In this document: positions 59,159 through 64,000 of the stretch, piece by piece
Layout of the letters: each line of letters opens with the position of its first letter
How positions within the stretch are numbered: the first letter of the stretch is position 1
Assembly: GCA_964252035.1 (NCBI GenBank)
Contig: OZ176205.1
Source of the DNA: Podarcis erhardii
Lineage: Eukaryota
DNA length: 64,000 bases
Direction: 5' to 3' (one strand)
The notes under the pieces: generated by a model
What the model saw: only the letters and a program-made list of their open reading frames with translations
Told to the model about the DNA's origin: nothing
The model's database searches: none
Position numbers and translations under genes: made by a program

Positions 59159-62100
59159 TACATGTAAAATGGCTTACATGGATTTAAATTCATGGAAGGC
59201 TATCAATAGCTACTAGTCATGATAGCTGCATGTTGCTTTCAAGACCAGAGGCAGCGTGTCTCTGAATACTAATTGCTGGGGAAACACAGTCGGGGAGGCT
59301 GGCCATTGCCCTCATGATCGGTTTGCAGACTTCCCAAAGGCATCTGGTTGGCCACTGTAAGAAAGCAGGATTTTTGACAAAGCAGGTCTTTGGTTTGATC
59401 CAAGAGAGCTCTTCCTTTGTGCTTACAGAGCTTTATATAGTTGGCACTTGAGGAAACAAATATCCTATCTGCCAAAAATCCCATGCCAAGAAAGCCTGAT
59501 TTGTTAAACTACCCAAACAAGCAGATTTACATAATTTATTCAGCTTCTATTGGAATGTATCCAAAATGGCAAGGATCCAGGACTGGTCAAAAAGGTATTT
59601 GAAACAGGTTGACCCTTTTCCATTTGCTGTGTGGACTTCCCCGTTTTCTCTCACTGCAAACTACGGAATGACATAGATTTTATTGAAGGCACAAGGGGAA
59701 AGTGTCATTAACTGTAGGTAAGAAGCATCCGGCCCAGACCTGTTTTGTTGTAGAGGTTTTGGAAGAATTTCTGGTTGTAGATGCGAGCCACACCGCTGAT
59801 CTCAGCCACCTCCACCTCAGCCCTGCTGTGGTGATTAACGAAGTTGGTGGTGATGCCAATGGCCAGTTTCCCACGGGTCTCCTTCCGCTTAAAGCCTGGA
59901 GATAAACACACAAAGAGCGCTAGTCCTGAAGGAAAGGGAAGGGTTGGCAGTTTGTGAAAGGACTAGGTAAAGGATAGAAGAACAGAACATGGGGCCTGTT
60001 CCCTCATCTGAAATATGGTAACACCCCAAAAGTGTCCAGACTAGCCACTCTATTTCTAGTAGTGGAGTAGCAAACGCCAAGCCCCAGCTCCATTGACTAT
60101 CATGATCTCTGAAGAGTTGCATGGGATTTACCAGCTCTCAAGGTGACACCATGAGGAATTCTGATTGAACGTTGCAAGAAAGCTCAGCACCATGGCAGGA
60201 CGGCAATTGTACTCATCTATTATGATCTGAAATGCTGGCAGCATTTCACAAAAGCCGAATTGGGTCTCTCTGTTTGGGGAATTGTTGGTAGGGCTTGAAA
60301 AATACTGCAGCACTCCTATAAAGATGTGGGAAATGAAAGGAGAGGGGCAAGGAAATGCTGGAGTGGAGTGGCAGGTCAGCTCTGAAAATGGTCTGGGCAA
60401 GCCCCAGTAAAAGCTGCCACCAGAGCCAGCTTCCTGGTGCCAAAGCGTCTACAGAGAATGTTCCCTCTCCCTTTGCTTTTCATCTCCTCTCCTGCCCCAA
60501 GGCAAGATGCCTTTCAGATTTTTTTATAACCCAAGCTATTATCTGTGGTTGGCATTGTGGTAGGCTGGGCAGCTGCTCTTGCCGACGCACCTAAAGCCCT
60601 CTTGAGGAGCCCTTGATTTGGTATTGAGGGAGATCAGGAGAAGCAGAGCAGATGAAAGAAAAACCTTAAGTCGGGGGAAAAAATGTCCAGTAGCACCTTA
60701 GAGACCAACTAAGTTTGTTCTGGGTATAAGCTTTCGTGTGCATGCACATGAAAGCTTATACCCAGAACAAACTTAGTTGGTCTCTAAGGGCTACTGGACA
60801 TTTTTTATTTATTTATTTCTACTGCATCAGAGCAACACGGCTACCTACCTGAATCCAAAACCTTAAGTGTCAAACTCATGGTCTCTAGGCCAACTCCCCA
60901 ACTGACAAAATGAAAAACATTTAAACACACTCAAAAAGAGGCAATTTCAGTTTACTCTACTTCACTCAGCTTGCAGATTCCAGGGCAAATATTAATACTG
61001 TACAAACATTTCCCCAAACAACCAAAAATATAGGAAGCAGGGCTCCCCTGAATTCTGAGTGTCATAAAAGCTGAGGTTTGGGGAAGTGTCTACCATCCCC
61101 AAAATCTGCAATAATGCTTTGGCCTTTCACTTGGTTAAGCACCATATCTACAAACTGGACTGCATCTGCATTGAGTTGCCCTGTTTGTTCCTAGAAAACT
61201 TGTAGCTTTGCCCTTTATTCTATCTGCTGGAGGTGCTCAGTACAGGGGAAGGGGAGAACCTGATCATCACAAGGCCAGAGGCACAAGTTTCCTCCAGTGT
61301 TGAGGAGAGATGTCATTAGAGGCCTAAGGAGAAGTTGATAAGGCACTGGGAGCATAAAAAACCCAAAATAAAATCCTCCCACAACCTTAACCAGAGGCGT
61401 TAAAGGGCTGCTTACCTTCTGGCACAAACCTGCCACCGCCGGCAGAGATGAGGACGTCAAATTCACACTGGTTCAGGAGACACGAAGGAGGATGTAGGAT
61501 GGCTCTCCAGCCACTGACTGTAATAACAGAGGATGGAATCATCAGGATCCCTGCTGCAAAGACCGCCAAATCCACCAGACCCTTCCCCAGACTTGCATGT
61601 TTATAAAGAAAGCAGGAACAAAGCAGGAGAAGCTGCAGGTCTCAGTCTCAAAAGCAACCCAATCCTGTCTTGGAATGTGTTAAGGGCACCATAATGTCCT
61701 GGTCTGAAACTCAAGAACTGCATTTGTTCACAATTTTGGAGATGGGATTGCCTTTGTGGAGGGACCTGTAGCCAACAGGACACCCATGAAAATGTAACAG
61801 CTTGACCAAGACGTGCCTCAGAGCCATGCGCTGTGAGAGACCATGATCATTTTTTTGGCAGGGTGTGTCTGATGGCTTGGTTTCTTTCTGGTTCTGCTTC
61901 TATGGCAAAGTAAGGGGGAAATGAACATTTGAAAGTGGAGGCAGAACAGAGAAGAAACTCATCCATGAAACAGTTTTTCACTGTGACGTCCTGAGCTACC
62001 TTCTCACCTGCAGAAACAAGGGGTGTGGGAGGGGTGTGGATTGGTGCATTGCCCTTAAGGACTCCAAAGGCTTTAGACTTTTGTCGTTCTTACCTTGTCC

Positions 62101-63640
62101 ATCTGAATTTGCTGCAGGTGGAACGAGCCCCTTAAACTGCACATTGATGTGAACCTGAACTCCCAAGAGTAAGGCAACTTTCAGCAGGATCAGCTGCAGC
62201 TGACGGATGCCTGCAAGACGGAGAAGGAGAGGGTTAGCAGAGCTGGCCCAATTAAACAAACAAACAAGCCCATCTGTGCCCATTTCAAAGTTGCCCTCAG
62301 GCAAGCACTGCCTTAAACCGCAGCTCCACCTTCCAGCCACCTCTTCTTCCAATTTCAGAAAGAAGTCTGTTCCATGATTTCCCTGTCATGGGGTTGGAAA
62401 ATCATGGCCCTCCCCAGCTTCAACAAGAGGGGTACTGAGTCCCAAAGAGCTATCGAATATGGCACCATGGAGCGTTTTCTAGATGCAGGTTGGGGGGGAG
62501 GAGTGTGCAACAAGCTAAACTCCAATAAGCCAATAGTGTTAAAGTGAAAGCAAAGCCCAAAAGACAGGAATGATCATTAAAGTCAGCTAATTCCTCTGCC
62601 ACACTGGCAATTTGACCGATTTATTTACTTACACAATTTATTACCGTATTTTTTGCTCTATAGGACGCACTTTTTCCCCTCCAAAAATTGAGGGGAAATG
62701 TGTGTGCGTCCTATGGAGCGAATGCAGGCTCCTTGGCTTCAGCGATAGCAACGCTAAGCCTCCGAAGCGCAGAGGGAGCACTCCCTCTGTACTCCAAAGG
62801 CTTCATGTTGCTTTCGCTGAAGCCTGGAGAGCCAGAGGCGTCGGTGCGCACCGACCCCTCTCGCCCTCCAGGCTTCAGGGATAGCCGCGCGCAGCCCCTC
62901 CAGCAGGGAGAAGCTGCACGAGGCTATGGCTACTTTAGCCCCCCGCAGCTTCTCCCAGGAGGGAGAGGTTGCGTGGGGCTAAAGAGGAAGCCAAAGCAGC
63001 CAGTGGGATCCATCCCGCTGGCTGCCTTGGCTTGTGACATAGCCGCGCGCAGCCCCTCCGGCAGGGAGAGGTTACGCACATCCTGTACGCTGCTCTTTGG
63101 GGCTGGGGGGGAAATAAGATTTTTTTCCCTTGATTTCCCCCCCTAAAAACTGGGTGTGCCCTATGGTCCGGTGTGCCCTATGGAGCAAAAAATACGGTAA
63201 TTTATTTGAAACACTGATCCAATGCTGTTCTTTCTGAATTGGTACCACCTTGATGTACAGTTACTTTCTTGAGATGTACAGTTTAATTTGGGTACCCATT
63301 GCAGTTCCCTCAATGAAACACAATCCTCCTTATGAGACACACCATAGAATCGTAGAGCTGGAAGAGACCATGGGGGTCAACTAGTCCAACCCCCTGCAAT
63401 GCAGGAATCTTTTTGCTCCATGTGGGGCTCAAACTCACAACCCCGAGATTAAAGCCTCATGTTCCATCGACTGAGCTATCTAGTAAAAACCAATTCCTGA
63501 GAATGCCCTTTCAAAAGCAGAAATGCTACATTTTGCAGTAAATGTTCAGTTTACATAGGGATGCTGGACCTTTAAATGCACTTTTAAATGGCTTTTTCAG
63601 TAAACACTTTCCAGACAAAGCCATTTATTTATTTATTTAT

Positions 63641-63671
<31 letters not shown>

Positions 63672-64000
63672 TATTCTTATTCTTATTCCAACCTACCCAC
63701 TCCCACCACTACTAGCTCCCATTAGCTGGTAATGCTGGTTTCTTGCCACTGTTCCATAATGTTGAAGATCCTTTCCCTGCCCTGGTCCATTCTGCATTAC
63801 TTACTGATGTGATCCAAGGATCCTGTGCAGAAGTGGCCATAGAATTTCTTAGCTCCCAGAGCCCGCAGGTCTTGGATGCTGAAAGGCCAAAGGTGCAGCA
63901 CATTGTTCCGGGAAAAGGAGTCTCTCTTCTCCACCACCACCACGTGGGCTCCAAGGAAGGCCAGTTCAATCGCCGAGCGGAGGCCGCAAGGGCCTGCCCC
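40122..64000 (-). CDS. MICAL1: MICAL1 F-actin monooxygenase (FAD monooxygenase, CH, LIM, bMERB/coiled-coil), spliced CDS, 5'-partial; one exon carries an apparent 2-nt deletion
   Basis: 22 exons reconstructed from 64000 to 40122, with GAGPCG, FWPLGTG, a CH domain, LIM Cys/His spacing and a bMERB tail. Exon sizes (156, 101, 258, 116, 94, 74) match what I recall for human MICAL1, and the tail-to-tail position next to SMPD2 favours MICAL1 over MICAL2/3. Confidence 0.93.
41170..41243 (-). CDS. MICAL1: MICAL1 exon [24 protein letters not shown]
   Basis: 74 nt, AG/GT-bounded. Confidence 0.94.
42179..42275 (-). CDS. MICAL1: MICAL1 exon [31 protein letters not shown](A)
   Basis: 97 nt, AG/GT-bounded. 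Confidence 0.94.
42389..42482 (-). CDS. MICAL1: MICAL1 exon [31 protein letters not shown]
   Basis: 94 nt; coiled coil. Confidence 0.95.
43267..43300. repeat. (GT)17 microsatellite
   Basis: Direct reading. Confidence 0.9.
43752..43853 (-). CDS. MICAL1: MICAL1 exon [34 protein letters not shown] (start of bMERB)
   Basis: 102 nt, phase 0/0. Confidence 0.9.
44956..45090 (-). mobile_element. SINE with tRNA-Lys-derived head and CR1-derived tail
   Basis: rc GGGATAGCTCAGTTGGTAGAGCATAAGTCTTTTAATCTCAG...GGGCA followed directly by the CR1 3' end (ttggactagatcaccc...ccttccaactc). Confidence 0.8.
45225..45304 (-). CDS. MICAL1: MICAL1 acidic exon (D)[26 protein letters not shown]
   Basis: 80 nt, tgacag acceptor, ATT|gtgagt donor; matches the human acidic SSEEEEED stretch. 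Confidence 0.85.
46228..46842 (-). CDS. MICAL1: MICAL1 large low-complexity linker exon [12 protein letters not shown]...[17 protein letters not shown]...[10 protein letters not shown]
   Basis: 615 nt, phase 1/1, ccttcag acceptor, weak AAG|gttgtt donor; covered by ORF 46145-46825. Confidence 0.85.
47061..47141 (-). CDS. MICAL1: MICAL1 exon (G)[26 protein letters not shown], end of LIM
   Basis: 81 nt with the phase-1 C|gtaagg donor required by the next exon. A competing AAG|gtgagt donor lies 5 nt downstream. Confidence 0.88.
47415..47589 (-). CDS. MICAL1: MICAL1 LIM-domain exon [58 protein letters not shown]
   Basis: 175 nt; CxxC...HxxCxxCxxC. Confidence 0.95.
49033..49083 (-). CDS. MICAL1: MICAL1 exon [17 protein letters not shown]
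   Basis: 51 nt, phase 0/0, attgcag acceptor, GGG|gtaagt donor. Confidence 0.8.
49360..49469 (-). CDS. MICAL1: MICAL1 exon [36 protein letters not shown]
   Basis: 110 nt; homologous to human AVLFLSKLQRTL. Confidence 0.92.
49572..49816 (-). mobile_element. Squam3-like tRNA-derived SINE with LINE2-type tail
   Basis: rc head ccagtgtggtgtagtggttaagagcggtagacttgtaatctggtgaaccaggttcg; core ctctcagcctcactcacctcacag; tail cgctttgagactcc...gcgggatatcaaatccaaactcttc. Confidence 0.78.
49958..50145 (-). CDS. MICAL1: MICAL1 CH-domain exon [62 protein letters not shown]
   Basis: 188 nt, AG/GT-bounded. Confidence 0.94.
51696..51738. repeat. Compound (GT)n(GA)n microsatellite
   Basis: Direct reading. Confidence 0.9.
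51928..52075 (-). CDS. MICAL1: MICAL1 CH-domain exon (D)[48 protein letters not shown]
   Basis: 148 nt; CH-domain signature. Confidence 0.95.
54530..54655 (+). mobile_element. CR1 3' fragment, internally deleted
   Basis: gtaagagctgttcaacagtggaacagactacc...tttaaaacagaagttggatgaccatctgtc ([11 protein letters not shown]). Confidence 0.6.
55070..55154 (-). CDS. MICAL1: MICAL1 exon [28 protein letters not shown] with GC donor
   Basis: 85 nt, cttccag acceptor, AAAG|gcaagt donor; phase 1 joins correctly to the CH exon. Confidence 0.85.
55574..55698 (-). CDS. MICAL1: MICAL1 exon ESI[Y][38 protein letters not shown] with an apparent 2-nt deletion (125 nt instead of 127)
   Basis: Reads G GAG AGC ATA T CAG CAG CTG; the homologous frame needs ATA TAT CAG. 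Frame is broken at about 55688-55691. Confidence 0.9.
56369..56484 (-). CDS. MICAL1: MICAL1 exon [38 protein letters not shown](R)
   Basis: 116 nt, AG/GT-bounded. Confidence 0.96.
57405..57770 (-). mobile_element. Sauria SINE, second and more diverged copy or subfamily
   Basis: Colinear with 7361-7709 (gcggcactcatttcgc, catgtggctggcatgactaaaccgcttctggc, tttaccttccc, gggagctcac). Confidence 0.85.
57971..58228 (-). CDS. MICAL1: MICAL1 exon [20 protein letters not shown]...[12 protein letters not shown]
   Basis: 258 nt; GD motif of the monooxygenase. Confidence 0.95.
58437..58537 (-). CDS. MICAL1: MICAL1 exon [33 protein letters not shown]
   Basis: 101 nt, AG/GT-bounded. Confidence 0.95.
58672..58824. 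mobile_element. Non-autonomous hAT MITE, 153 bp
   Basis: TIRs cagtggcgtagc / gctacgcccctg; perfect 8-bp TSD ccccccgt at 58664-58671 and 58825-58832. Confidence 0.9.
58980..59158 (+). mobile_element. LINE2-type 3' end with (TAT)n tail
   Basis: ttttagaagacatctgaaggcagccctgtttagggaagc...ggaagccgcccag...gatgggcggggtataaat followed by (tat)n. Confidence 0.7.
59195..59430 (+). mobile_element. Old CR1-family 3'UTR fragment
   Basis: cttcccaaaggcatctggttggccactgt...ttggtttgatcc...gctcttcctttgtgctta. Confidence 0.5.
59740..59895 (-). CDS. MICAL1: MICAL1 exon [51 protein letters not shown]
   Basis: 156 nt; weak G|gtctgg donor. Confidence 0.94.
60672..60856. mobile_element. Penelope-like element terminus arranged as a 129-bp palindrome, with a 12-bp TSD
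   Basis: Palindrome 60678-60806 centred on tgtgca|tgcaca; tail caacacggctacctacctgaatcc; flanking direct repeat aaaaccttaagt at 60660-60671 and 60857-60868. The Penelope assignment is from recall of squamate repeats. Confidence 0.75.
61416..61517 (-). CDS. MICAL1: MICAL1 exon (V)[33 protein letters not shown]
   Basis: 102 nt using the ttacag acceptor. In-frame upstream acceptors exist at +33 and +36 nt but have a poorer pyrimidine tract. Confidence 0.88.
62094..62210 (-). CDS. MICAL1: MICAL1 exon [38 protein letters not shown]
   Basis: 117 nt, phase 1/1, AG/GT-bounded. Confidence 0.94.
62644..63197. mobile_element. Tc1/mariner (pogo-like) non-autonomous element, 554 bp
   Basis: TA TSD; 21-bp TIR ccgtattttttgctctatagg with 1 mismatch; GC-rich interior with repeated atagccgcgcgcagcccctcc units. 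Confidence 0.88.
63343..63481 (-). mobile_element. Second copy of the tRNA-Lys/CR1-tail SINE
   Basis: Colinear with 44956-45090; catagaatcgtagag tail. Confidence 0.78.
63625..63688. repeat. Compound (ATTT)n(TAGT)n(TTATTC)n simple repeat
   Basis: Direct reading. Confidence 0.8.
63805..64000 (-). CDS. MICAL1: MICAL1 exon (cut by window edge) [65 protein letters not shown](S)
   Basis: FAD-binding GxGxxG motif; A|gtaagt donor. Confidence 0.96.

Noticed and set aside
61518-61553. In-frame upstream NAGNAG acceptors for a MICAL1 exon (+33/+36 nt)
   Set aside because: Poor pyrimidine tract; the downstream acceptor gives the homologous exon length.
94-64000. Most of the 60-170-aa ORFs in the track
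   Set aside because: They are chance ORFs in introns, antisense to real exons, or read-through extensions of exons into introns; no domain signature beyond the three genes and the TE fragments.

Overview
This is vertebrate genomic DNA, almost certainly from a squamate and most likely a lacertid lizard, judged from young Sauria SINE, BovB, CR1, Penelope and hAT/Tc1-mariner MITE content. It is not prokaryotic, so the six-frame ORF track captures only fragments of spliced genes. I reconstructed three protein-coding genes exon by exon, checking splice sites and reading phase by hand. (1) TEAD3 (+): the window starts in the long intron after the first coding exon, and the gene runs from the TEA-domain exon at 853 to the stop at 17318. 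(2) SMPD2, neutral sphingomyelinase 1 (+): complete CDS of 10 exons, 29025-37212, 1230 nt / 409 aa, with a CpG-island promoter at about 24.9-26.0 kb. (3) MICAL1 (-): convergent with SMPD2, from the FAD-binding exon cut by the window edge at 64000 to the stop at 40122. The most interesting observations are: a modular splicing cassette at the TEAD3 DNA-recognition helix, with two duplicated 63-nt exons, the known AMNL microexon and a second candidate 12-nt microexon (NAAE) that I do not recognise; an apparent 2-bp frameshifting deletion in a MICAL1 exon that a cryptic acceptor 4 nt downstream could rescue; several sequence routes to MICAL1 isoforms lacking the autoinhibitory tail; TEAD3-SMPD2-MICAL1 linkage that differs from human; and transposon-derived hairpins and motifs. 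I found no CRISPR array, rRNA or genuine tRNA gene. There is one assembly gap of 145 N. Exon numbers are by analogy with the human genes as I recall them.
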